Virus record (IMG/VR): IMGVR_UViG_3300005253_002116
Location: 1-57,309 of that record
Length of the DNA stretch: 57,309 bases
Strand: one strand, 5' to 3'
Origin: a virus
Lineage: Duplodnaviria; Caudoviricetes
Made by a program: the position numbers and the translations under genes. This document shows positions 19,988-28,120 of the stretch, one piece after another. Positions within the stretch are counted from its first letter, which is position 1. Each line of letters begins with the position of its first letter. Below the pieces are notes generated by a model that saw only the letters and a program-made list of their open reading frames with translations, ran no database searches and had not been told where the DNA came from.

Positions 19988-20258
19988 CTTTCCTTAAAAC
20001 CTAAAAGCCACCAAAAAGGACCAATTTGAATACTTATACCTCGGAAGAAAGGAAACCACTCAAAAGAAATTCCTAAACCCCAATCACACCATTCAACACG
20101 AATATTAAACCATTGCCACTTCATGCTTTCCCCTTATAAAAACTTAAACAAAAATGAATAGGACCAATATCAAAGCCTACACCATGATAGTAACTAAACC
20201 ACAATAGGAAAATTCCGAAAGACCAATCTCTCCAGTCGACATTAAGATACCACTTCAT
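19984..20258 (-). CDS. two tandem paralogous Trp/Phe-rich microproteins (20121-20258, 19984-20124)
   Basis: MKWYLNVDWRDWSFGI..IGPI vs MKWQWFNIRVEWCDWGLGI..IGPF; ATGA coupling on all sides. Confidence 0.65.
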
Positions 20259-20545
20259 TCTTTCTCCTTTAAGGATCTGTCAAATCGTTCAATTTCGGCA
20301 ACTAGTAAAGCAGCAGCAATTACAAGCTGACGACGACGATCATGTTTTCCGCGTTTATCAGATTGTCTATCCCAGGGCCAAGGGAGATTTTCAACTTGAG
20401 TATAAGCATAACAAGCAGCAGCTTCAGCTAATTCACCTTCGCTGTGTTCAAAATAATCATGGTCTTCATCCCATCCTTCAGAAGTTTTTTGATATTGTCG
20501 TTCCGAAAGTATCTCAAAGGTTATTTCTTCAGATTTTGTTTTCAT
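20255..20545 (-). CDS. conserved phage hypothetical protein
   Basis: ER..Q...EGW...HD, GELA.AAACYA, WPW, LV.AAALLVAEIER. Confidence 0.7.
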   Translation of the reverse strand: MKTKSEEITFEILSERQYQKTSEGWDEDHDYFEHSEGELAEAAACYAYTQVENLPWPWDRQSDKRGKHDRRRQLVIAAALLVAEIERFDRSLKEKE

Positions 20546-20850
20546 TCTTGCTCCTCTTTTTCTCTACGTTCTTCGTTCAGAAGGAATTTGTTTGCTTCTA
20601 TTAAAAGTTTTGCAAGCTGATAATCTCTAGCTGAAACAGGCATTGAACAAGGCATTCCCATTGTATGAAAAGTTGCCACCACTTCGTGTCCAAACCCCTC
20701 TTCTTCTGTGAGATCCCTAGCCACCCGGACGCACCCTGCTGGTTCACTACCGGATAAAAGATAAAGATATCCGATATCTTCCCAATCTATTCCGTCCTTC
20801 AGGATTTTAGCATAGTCTTTCAAAAAAGACAATAGTTTCTCGTTTTTCAT
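20542..20850 (-). CDS. hypothetical protein
   Basis: Coupled ORF within the operon. Confidence 0.6.
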   Translation of the reverse strand: MKNEKLLSFLKDYAKILKDGIDWEDIGYLYLLSGSEPAGCVRVARDLTEEEGFGHEVVATFHTMGMPCSMPVSARDYQLAKLLIEANKFLLNEERREKEEQE

Positions 20851-22199
20851 TCTTTTCCCTTTCGTATTTCAGCCCTGCCACTGCACCAAACAATGGCAAC
20901 TCGTCCACCTGGAAGTTCCGCTACTTTATAATCAGGGAAACTTGAACTGTTAATCATTTCAAGTGACATTAGGTCTTCATTGAAAGCCGCCCTCCAGGCT
21001 TCAGAAAGATTTTTTTCCCGACCTTCCCATACAGTCTCGCAATCTTCCTTTGGATAGCAAGAGAGGATATCCTCTCCACATTGTGTGATTTCAGCGTCGA
21101 AGAGTTCTTTCGTTTTTGCTACGATACCCCCAGTTAAATCCTTCACACGGAGCTTCATTAACTCTTCGCTGCTGTAGCAATTAAATCCCTCACCATGCTC
21201 CCAGGTTGCACCATCTTCGTTTTTGAAGACAATGTATTCTCCTCTTTCGTCATTCCGGAAGTCGTCTGGTGATGCAAAGGAAAACAAGCCAGGGAGACAG
21301 AGATGATGTTCACAAGGCTCTAAGTCTTTGACAGGAACTCCAAGCTTTTCACAATGCCAATTAGCACCTTCTGAATGAATATCAGGCGTAGCATGACAAC
21401 ACTGCCGGCATGAGAGGGTCTTAATCGGCAAGGCCGGCTCAGATGACTCAGGGCCCCAGCAGATTGATTGAGCATCGCACCACTTGCATTCGTAATAATC
21501 ACGTCTGCTGAAGGCACGCTTGGGTGGCTCGTTAGAGGTAATGATTCTCTCGGCTTTAGACATTAGAGTCTCACAGGCTCCACTATCATACTTGATTCGC
21601 TCGGAATAAAGATCATCTGTATCTTTGTTTTCGGCGAGATACAATGCACGTGTCATTTTGGTTAAGTGCATGTAAATTTGCATCTGAGAGAAGTGTTGAG
21701 GTTTTGACTTCTGAACACCTTCCTTTTCAAGTTTTTTGAATGACTTAGCTTTGTGTGTCTTGAACTCCAGCACGTGCCAAGTTTTGGGAGCTTCGGGGAT
21801 GCCAAGAGCACAACCGTCCATGTGTCCCGAGAAATGTCCGCCAAGAGCCGAGACTTCAAACTGCTTTTCTATTCTAATGAGTCCCCTCGGATAACCTCCA
21901 GAGTAATCCTCAGGTGATGGTACAAAATCGTGTACTTCGCAACCTATTGATCGAAGGTTTGCTGCCATTCGCCCCTCTTCTCGATCCCCTGTCTCAAAGA
22001 GGCGGTACATGCGACCACTGAAGTCCGGAGAACAACATTGTCGGAAACAGTACCAGAGATAGCGTTCGCACGGATGTCCTATGATCGAAGCTCCGAGGTA
22101 GCCGCGAGTGGGCTCTGCATCACCAGCTTTCTTATACTCCTCGAAAATCTGCTTAACAGTTAGAGATTCTTTCGGGATGTACTTAGAGATATCACTCAC
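20847..22199 (-). CDS. PD-(D/E)XK exonuclease (Cas4/YqaJ-like)
   Basis: YLGASIIGHPCER, GHMDG, LEFKT, QMQIYM, Cys clusters. Confidence 0.85.
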   Translation of the reverse strand: MSDISKYIPKESLTVKQIFEEYKKAGDAEPTRGYLGASIIGHPCERYLWYCFRQCCSPDFSGRMYRLFETGDREEGRMAANLRSIGCEVHDFVPSPEDYSGGYPRGLIRIEKQFEVSALGGHFSGHMDGCALGIPEAPKTWHVLEFKTHKAKSFKKLEKEGVQKSKPQHFSQMQIYMHLTKMTRALYLAENKDTDDLYSERIKYDSGACETLMSKAERIITSNEPPKRAFSRRDYYECKWCDAQSICWGPESSEPALPIKTLSCRQCCHATPDIHSEGANWHCEKLGVPVKDLEPCEHHLCLPGLFSFASPDDFRNDERGEYIVFKNEDGATWEHGEGFNCYSSEELMKLRVKDLTGGIVAKTKELFDAEITQCGEDILSCYPKEDCETVWEGREKNLSEAWRAAFNEDLMSLEMINSSSFPDYKVAELPGGRVAIVWCSGRAEIRKGKE

Positions 22200-22587
22200 T
22201 CTTTGGCTCCTGCAAAGATACGGCGATCTTCTTTGGTGTCACGGTGACATAAGAAGATATTGCGGAAAATACTTCTACATTCATTTCTCTATACCATTCG
22301 TATCCTTTAACATCTAAAGTGTGTTTAATCTCGGTTTTAATTGGAGCTGGAAAACCAATTTGTTCAAAAGCGGTACGCATTCCGTCTATGTTTGTCCTGT
22401 AGTTGAACCCCCGCTTTACCGTGACTTTCCAACCATCTTCCAATTCAATAGTCTTTTGTCCTGAATCTTTCGTTGGAATAAGATTTGCTATTTGCTTCTC
22501 GATTTTAATACGTGCCTCTCTGGCAATACTTTCAGAAATCTTAAATTCCAAAAGTTCCCTAACAAGCATTCCTAAAACTGTACTCAT
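22192..22587 (-). CDS. conserved phage replication-module protein
   Basis: Typical position between SSB and exonuclease. Confidence 0.55.
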   Translation of the reverse strand: MSTVLGMLVRELLEFKISESIAREARIKIEKQIANLIPTKDSGQKTIELEDGWKVTVKRGFNYRTNIDGMRTAFEQIGFPAPIKTEIKHTLDVKGYEWYREMNVEVFSAISSYVTVTPKKIAVSLQEPKSE

Positions 22588-22856
22588 TTAGTTTTCCTTT
22601 TCCAATAAAGCATCTGGCATACCCATACCACGTTAATAATGGCTATGGGTATGCAGCAGATGAAAGAGAACGGAGAATTCATTTGGAGGTAAAAGTACAG
22701 TCCGTACAGACCCCAAGCTGCCATGAATGCAGAAGGGACCATGCTTACTCCTTTAAGTTGCTTGTCCTGATGCAACTTAACCACATTCAAGATCAAGACA
22801 AGACCGGCCCCAAGCTCAAAGAAACCGTTGATGAGATCAGGGGTCACTTCTGCCAA
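22584..22856 (-). CDS. PQ-loop/SemiSWEET-like three-TM membrane protein
   Basis: Three hydrophobic helices; K..KGVS....WG pattern. Confidence 0.6.
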   Translation of the reverse strand: MAEVTPDLINGFFELGAGLVLILNVVKLHQDKQLKGVSMVPSAFMAAWGLYGLYFYLQMNSPFSFICCIPIAIINVVWVCQMLYWKRKTK

Positions 22857-23353
22857 GGCAGTCTAGGGGTTGTAGCCCCCGGAGCAACCATGAAGGTCTG
22901 AGGGCCAGAGGGAGCTGCGGGACCCGGAGTGAGTACGGCAGGATCAATGGTAGTAGGCTGACAAGTACCAGGAGCAGAATACGTCCTCACTTCGTTCTGA
23001 CCTTCCTTGACCGTAACATGTGCGATGACGATTTGATTGAGAAGTTGATCTGTATCAGTAATGACAAAACCAACTGCATCGCGTAAGGCAGCCATGCACC
23101 GCATAGCTATTTCCTTACAAATCTGACTGGGATTGTCGATATTGATTCGATCAATGATCTTTTTGCCTTTGAATTGTCCGTCGAGAATCAACTCTTCAAG
23201 GTAAATAAAATGACCATTTTTCTTCTTGTTTTGTTGAACTTCTACCTTTTCAATTCTAACAGGATACTTACCAGTCGGATAAACCGGAAATTCTGTTTGG
23301 GCTTTCGTGGAAGCAAGTTCTTCTGGACTAAAAAATTTTGCAAGGTCGCTCAT
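22844..23353 (-). CDS. DUF669-like single-stranded DNA-binding protein
   Basis: P.GKY.V.I, ILDGQFKGKKI.DRINI, NEVRTY; directly after Sak4. Confidence 0.75.
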   Translation of the reverse strand: MSDLAKFFSPEELASTKAQTEFPVYPTGKYPVRIEKVEVQQNKKKNGHFIYLEELILDGQFKGKKIIDRINIDNPSQICKEIAMRCMAALRDAVGFVITDTDQLLNQIVIAHVTVKEGQNEVRTYSAPGTCQPTTIDPAVLTPGPAAPSGPQTFMVAPGATTPRLPWQK

Positions 23354-23385
23354 TGAAAAACTCCGTGGGTCTAAGGGGTAATTTA

Positions 23386-24198
23386 CTACGAAACTTGTGC
23401 TACAGCTGCCATCCAAGCCCCGAAGGGATTGTCCTTTGGCATTGGTAACTCATAGGGAAGTTGTCCGAACGGACCTCGACCACCTCCGGGGTGAGCGGGT
23501 CGGTTTTTCGTGTAGAGAAATCGCTGATCTCCAGCTATATCATCAGCACGTCCTATTTCTTTCTTGTAACCAACATCTTCTTTTGTTACAGCAGTTTTTG
23601 TGTTGCAAAAGAGAATTGCATCAGCCCAGCGATAGAAATGAGCGGCGGCGTGCTTGTCGAGATCAAATTCGTATGAATCATAGCTCCCTGCAATTGGATC
23701 GTCAAAACGCTTAATTCTAACATGACCAATAATAATAGAGGATATATTCCTCTCTTCTCTAAAGAGATCAAGAGTATCAGTTATTGACTGCCAGGTATTC
23801 AAAGCGATATTTTGTCCTTTATTATATCCTTTTAGCACTTTATCAATATGCTTAACTCCATGATCTTTACATACTTCTTCAAAAACAAGAGGCTGTAAAG
23901 CACTAGCAGAATCAATTACAATTGTTTGATAACTATGTGTTTCCTCCCAAAGTGTAGAGAAACACGATCGTAGATCATCCATTGTATTGCACGCCGGGAA
24001 TTGCGGAACAGTTTGACCAGATTTGAATTTCGGAAGGAGGACATTGTCGGCACCCTTTTCACTTTTAATCGGACAAAAAATCGGCTCATTGGAATCGGCT
24101 GCAAAGGTTGTCTTGCCAATTTTCTCCACGCCGAGCACGAGAATTCGTGGTGCCTTAAGACAAGTTTCTGAACTAATTGATGCTAGATCGAAAGCCAT
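23386..24198 (-). CDS. Sak4-like AAA ATPase (single-strand annealing)
   Basis: GVEKIGKTTFA, TIVIDS, IIGH, WADAILF. Confidence 0.85.
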   Translation of the reverse strand: MAFDLASISSETCLKAPRILVLGVEKIGKTTFAADSNEPIFCPIKSEKGADNVLLPKFKSGQTVPQFPACNTMDDLRSCFSTLWEETHSYQTIVIDSASALQPLVFEEVCKDHGVKHIDKVLKGYNKGQNIALNTWQSITDTLDLFREERNISSIIIGHVRIKRFDDPIAGSYDSYEFDLDKHAAAHFYRWADAILFCNTKTAVTKEDVGYKKEIGRADDIAGDQRFLYTKNRPAHPGGGRGPFGQLPYELPMPKDNPFGAWMAAVAQVS

Positions 24199-24201
24199 TT
24201 T

Positions 24202-24444
24202 TTAAGCTCCAATAGGTTGACGAAGTTCAATTTTAAGAGGCATCGAGAAACCACCAGCTTGCTGACTGGCAATAGTGCTAACGATATCAATAAGAATTAC
24301 TTGCAACTCGTTCTTAACCTCATTAAGATTACTTGGAATGGCATGTGTAATTTCCTGAACAGTTCCGAGGAATAGTTCTCCGATTTCAGATACCAGAAAG
24401 ACTTCCATATCGTTCATGTCAATATCCACTGGTGCTCTTATCAC
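24202..24444 (-). CDS. hypothetical protein
   Basis: Coupled ORF. Confidence 0.5.
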   Translation of the reverse strand: MIRAPVDIDMNDMEVFLVSEIGELFLGTVQEITHAIPSNLNEVKNELQVILIDIVSTIASQQAGGFSMPLKIELRQPIGA

Positions 24445-24686
24445 TTCTTATCTTTTTTGACGGATTCACGCTCATCGCGTAAGGCTTGCAGAAAGTCTTT
24501 CCGTTGGTCCTTCAGGGCTTGAGCGTGGGCCGGGAAGGACTTAGCCAGGATATACCATACAACCCACGCTAAGACGCCCAGGGCCCCAGCCTGAAGCGTC
24601 TGGGACACATTGGGAACCTGCGCGGTGACATCGGCGGCCAAGAGCATCGACACACCGACAAGAGGGGCAAAAGCTAAGAATCTCAT
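24441..24686 (-). CDS. holin-like small membrane protein
   Basis: Two hydrophobic segments and a charged C-terminus; in the lysis-like cluster. Confidence 0.5.
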   Translation of the reverse strand: MRFLAFAPLVGVSMLLAADVTAQVPNVSQTLQAGALGVLAWVVWYILAKSFPAHAQALKDQRKDFLQALRDERESVKKDKK

Positions 24687-25003
24687 ACCTTCAGATTCCG
24701 TTCTTTAGTCCACCAATCTATTACTAACCGCACAATGATAGGCACAATTACATTGATAAGAAACCAAATGACAATTGGATTTCCATATCTATGTCGAATG
24801 TCTTCCCGCAAGAGATTGCTATTCTTCTCAAACATTCGCTCGTAAGTTCGCTCAGAAACATTCCAAGACGAAAAAGGAAGTCTCGTAACAACCCTACGGA
24901 TCATCCAAAGAACTTCCCTTTTTGGTAGTCTTCTGAGGAGGAACGATTGCAATCTGATTCGTTTTTCAATATTGGAAAAATATTGAAGAGTATAGTTTAC
25001 CAT
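24683..25003 (-). CDS. membrane-anchored hypothetical protein
   Basis: C-terminal TM segment (IVIWFLINVIVPIIVRLVIDWW). Confidence 0.55.
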   Translation of the reverse strand: MVNYTLQYFSNIEKRIRLQSFLLRRLPKREVLWMIRRVVTRLPFSSWNVSERTYERMFEKNSNLLREDIRHRYGNPIVIWFLINVIVPIIVRLVIDWWTKERNLKV

Positions 25004-25080
25004 CTTCGCCTCCAACTTGATTTGGGACTTTTATACTTGAAACTTTTATTGCTACTCACGGTAGCCGGCTTTTTGATGTT

Positions 25081-25560
25081 TCAGGTGCTTCCAACCGGAC
25101 AATCGTCTACTGGGGATGCTAATACCCCTTCAGGGCTGGGCATGATGCTTGGCGACTCGCCGGCCTCGAAAGGCAATAAGATGTCTACTGATATCTTACC
25201 ATCTCTTTGAACAGCGTCCAAGAGCTTTTTCCCACGATCTGCCAGTTTATTCCCCTTGTGTATCAATTCCTTCGCTTGCTTAAAGATATCCAGCGGTCCA
25301 CCAGGGAGATTCGCAAGGTCGCAGTTGGGGCACTTTGTCTTGTTTCCGTCACCGTGGACAATCCAACCAGTATCCTTACAAGTTAGGCAATTAAACGCTG
25401 GTCCTTCATCCTTCACCATAGTCGCAATTGCCAGATCAACGGCTACTTCGTCGGGCGGAGCGGCAAAACAATATGAGACTGCAAGCAAGAAGACCAAAAA
25501 TATAATAATCAGAAAGAAAAAACCAATAAGAAATTCTGCATCTTTTTTACCCGAGCACAT
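25081..25560 (-). CDS. exported protein with CxxC..GDG..CxxC motif
   Basis: N-terminal signal/TM; CLTCKDTGWIVHGDGNKTKCPNC. Confidence 0.6.
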   Translation of the reverse strand: MCSGKKDAEFLIGFFFLIIIFLVFLLAVSYCFAAPPDEVAVDLAIATMVKDEGPAFNCLTCKDTGWIVHGDGNKTKCPNCDLANLPGGPLDIFKQAKELIHKGNKLADRGKKLLDAVQRDGKISVDILLPFEAGESPSIMPSPEGVLASPVDDCPVGST

Positions 25561-26506
25561 TTGTCAAGTCTCCATAGTCTGGAAGTTTCTTCTGCGGCAC
25601 GCCTTTAACATCACAGTATGCAAAGATTGAATGACTGCCGACAAAGTATTTCGCGTATAATTCCTCACGAACCCAGAACGACCCGACAGGCCATTCTCCA
25701 TAACGATCTACAGGCCAGACACTTGGCTGTACATTCCATGGACCCCAACTATTTGCTACCAGGAACACACAATCAGGATAGACCTCTTGCGTGTCATCAT
25801 AGCCCACAGTGGCCATATCGTGATTCCAGTTACTTCCCTGAACAGCAATGCCATCCCTGTCGGACTTGTTCTTGACGCCAAACCGCTGTCCACTGTGAAG
25901 GGCATATCCGGAGTACAAAAGATCCTTAACTTCATCTACGCTTCTAGGTGCAATCCATTTGCCAATATCATGCTTTTTGCATTCTTCCTTGACGTCTGCC
26001 GGAACTCCGTTACGTCCCCAATCAGTTCCGATTTTGGAGTTGTATTTCGACAAGTCAACAGAAGCGTATTTCTGTCGAAACATCATACCAAAGTCATGAG
26101 TGAATCGAGTGGCTTTTGCAGGGTCCATTCCTTGCCCGCTGTGCCCCCTTGCTCCATAAGGAGGTTCTGTTGCGGTTCGCAAAAAGAAAGTTTCTGGTTC
26201 TTTCTTAATATGTATCTCTACGCAACGAACCGTATCAAAACAACCTCGACTTCCGTGCGAGACACAATCGCCAGTGGTTTGTTGCTCGTGTCCGAAGGCC
26301 CCCGGATCAAAGAGCTCACGTGATCGCCAAAGAAAAGCTTTTTTACCGGCACCAACTTTAAGAATATGTGGGGCTTCTCCACTAACAGTTTTGACAACTC
26401 TATCCATCCAAAGATCATCCATTGTCTCTTGATTAAATTGCCATCCAGGAAGGCCAGCAGCGTAAGCCGCTTCAATTTGACGTGGTGTTTGGTAGAGTTT
26501 AGTCAT
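25547..26506 (-). CDS. papain-like (C1) cysteine peptidase, candidate lysis enzyme
   Basis: Q..GDCVSH (Cys), WNHDM (His), ANSWG (Asn). Confidence 0.8.
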   Translation of the reverse strand: MTKLYQTPRQIEAAYAAGLPGWQFNQETMDDLWMDRVVKTVSGEAPHILKVGAGKKAFLWRSRELFDPGAFGHEQQTTGDCVSHGSRGCFDTVRCVEIHIKKEPETFFLRTATEPPYGARGHSGQGMDPAKATRFTHDFGMMFRQKYASVDLSKYNSKIGTDWGRNGVPADVKEECKKHDIGKWIAPRSVDEVKDLLYSGYALHSGQRFGVKNKSDRDGIAVQGSNWNHDMATVGYDDTQEVYPDCVFLVANSWGPWNVQPSVWPVDRYGEWPVGSFWVREELYAKYFVGSHSIFAYCDVKGVPQKKLPDYGDLTNVLG

Positions 26507-26732
26507 CTATAATATCCTTTTCCCACTTTTCCCACAATCTCTTTTTGATGGTCCCGAGGAATTCATTTATTGCCTCATTAGCCGAAAGGATCTTGAGATC
26601 ATTCTTATGAGCCCGATTTCCCCGGCAATATGGACAAGATCCACCGGGTCGACACGTGGCATCGAATCGTGCAGATTTTCTATATGGTTCACGATGTTCT
26701 TTCCCGTGAAGTATGGCGGCGTCAAAGGTCAT
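26499..26732 (-). CDS. small Cys-rich conserved phage protein
   Basis: HGKEHR.PY..S..FD.TCR.GGSCPYC..NR. Confidence 0.6.
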   Translation of the reverse strand: MTFDAAILHGKEHREPYRKSARFDATCRPGGSCPYCRGNRAHKNDLKILSANEAINEFLGTIKKRLWEKWEKDIIDD

Positions 26733-27190
26733 CACTTCGCTTCCTGACACGCCCATGCGACTGCATAGAACGCATCCGCTGTTTTTTCGTGATCTAGTGG
26801 CCCCGGATCGAGCCCGAGGACTTGTGACAAGGCCCCAGACTTCCCATGGATAGCCTTGGAGAGCCCAGGCACCTTTTGGAAAATCTCTTGAAAACGTAAC
26901 GTGACGGCCCGATCTCCGAATGTTCGCAAGTGATTCTTACTCCTAATAATCTTGGCATTCCTGCCATCACGACGAATAGTTTTCGACGCTTCGAGGTAAA
27001 ACGATGAGAGAACAGAAGCTTGTTTTGGATAGCCATTAAGAACCTCCGTAATCGGCTTAACGATTACTTGCAACTCTGCACTTGGTGCATCAAGAGCAGG
27101 TACTTGATCCGGCTTTGCTTGCCCTGACCTTAGGATTGAAAACACGCCAAAGGTAACAAGGACAATCGCGGTGATGGTTGTTGGTTTCAT
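26732..27190 (-). CDS. exported hypothetical protein
   Basis: N-terminal signal-like segment. Confidence 0.6.
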   Translation of the reverse strand: MKPTTITAIVLVTFGVFSILRSGQAKPDQVPALDAPSAELQVIVKPITEVLNGYPKQASVLSSFYLEASKTIRRDGRNAKIIRSKNHLRTFGDRAVTLRFQEIFQKVPGLSKAIHGKSGALSQVLGLDPGPLDHEKTADAFYAVAWACQEAK

Positions 27191-27474
27191 TAGTCTGGTA
27201 CCGGAGGATCAATTACAAGTGTCGGAAGAACCTTTTCGTCCAAGGCTTTGACTGCTTCTTGAAATTCATCATAAGAGCAGCAATCACACCATGTTCGGAG
27301 TGCGTAGAATGTTTCAAAACGCTTCGTCGGTGTCATGCTCTTGCTCTTTTTAATAGTGGGCCAAAGTTTAGCGACGAAGCTAGTGATCTTACTGCGTTGG
27401 CTCCAGATAAAAAGGAGAGCCCCAACTGCGAGTGCTACAAGCGGAAGATTTTCGGTGAGTGTAGATAGATTCAT
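27190..27474 (-). CDS. single-TM membrane protein
   Basis: TM LPLVALAVGALLFIW; GGAG RBS. Confidence 0.65.
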   Translation of the reverse strand: MNLSTLTENLPLVALAVGALLFIWSQRSKITSFVAKLWPTIKKSKSMTPTKRFETFYALRTWCDCCSYDEFQEAVKALDEKVLPTLVIDPPVPD

Positions 27475-27484
27475 GGATTATCTC

Positions 27485-28019
27485 CTAACGGGGTAAAAGA
27501 ATATTTCTCAAGAAAAGTTCCTTCATTTTTGAATCACGTTTTATTCTATCTACAAGATCCATTAAGTCAGAAACTTGAAGTTTCAAGGATTTTATTTCCT
27601 TGGTTATATGCTTTTCCATGTCATCAATTGATATGTTATCAATTGAAACCCTAGTTCCTCTGGGCCACCCTCCAATAAGTTCTGCCAGGCGAACGATTCT
27701 TTTGTTTTTCATTCTACTCTTTCTCCGTTTCAGGGTCTAAGTGCGGAAAGTTGACAATGGGAGTTCCGCGGAAAGTTACTTCTTCCCCCTCTATGATCCT
27801 GCGGAGAACTTCATCGAAAATCCGCCCGACCAATGGACGAATTGCAGAACGCAAGATGGGATCAATGATAGCGTCTGGTCCCGGAAGATTAATAGGCTGG
27901 AAATACTCATCAAACAATTCTTCGCAGCGAAGAATTAAATATTCTCGCTTGCTGTAGTCTGTATCGATAAAACTTTCAATCTCTGCTGTCACAATCTTCA
28001 GAAAATCTGCTACTGTCAT
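27485..28019 (-). CDS. two hypothetical proteins (27714-28019, 27485-27712)
   Basis: RBS-preceded ORFs. Confidence 0.55.
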
Positions 28020-28078
28020 TTTGTCACCTTTCTATGTTTTTAATGTATCGGAACCGCCCTTGCGGCCATGCAACTTGC

Positions 28079-28106
28079 ATTCTACCATGCCCCTGTTGAA
28101 AAACAA
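28079..28106 (-). promoter_or_regulatory. sigma70-type promoter for the lysis/replication block
   Basis: TTGTTT-16 nt-TAGAAT with extended TG. Confidence 0.5.
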
Positions 28107-28120
28107 GCCCTATTTTGGAA

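Noticed and set aside
20847-22199. Cas4-like nuclease as evidence of a CRISPR system
   Set aside because: It sits in the standard Sak4-SSB-nuclease-helicase phage module.
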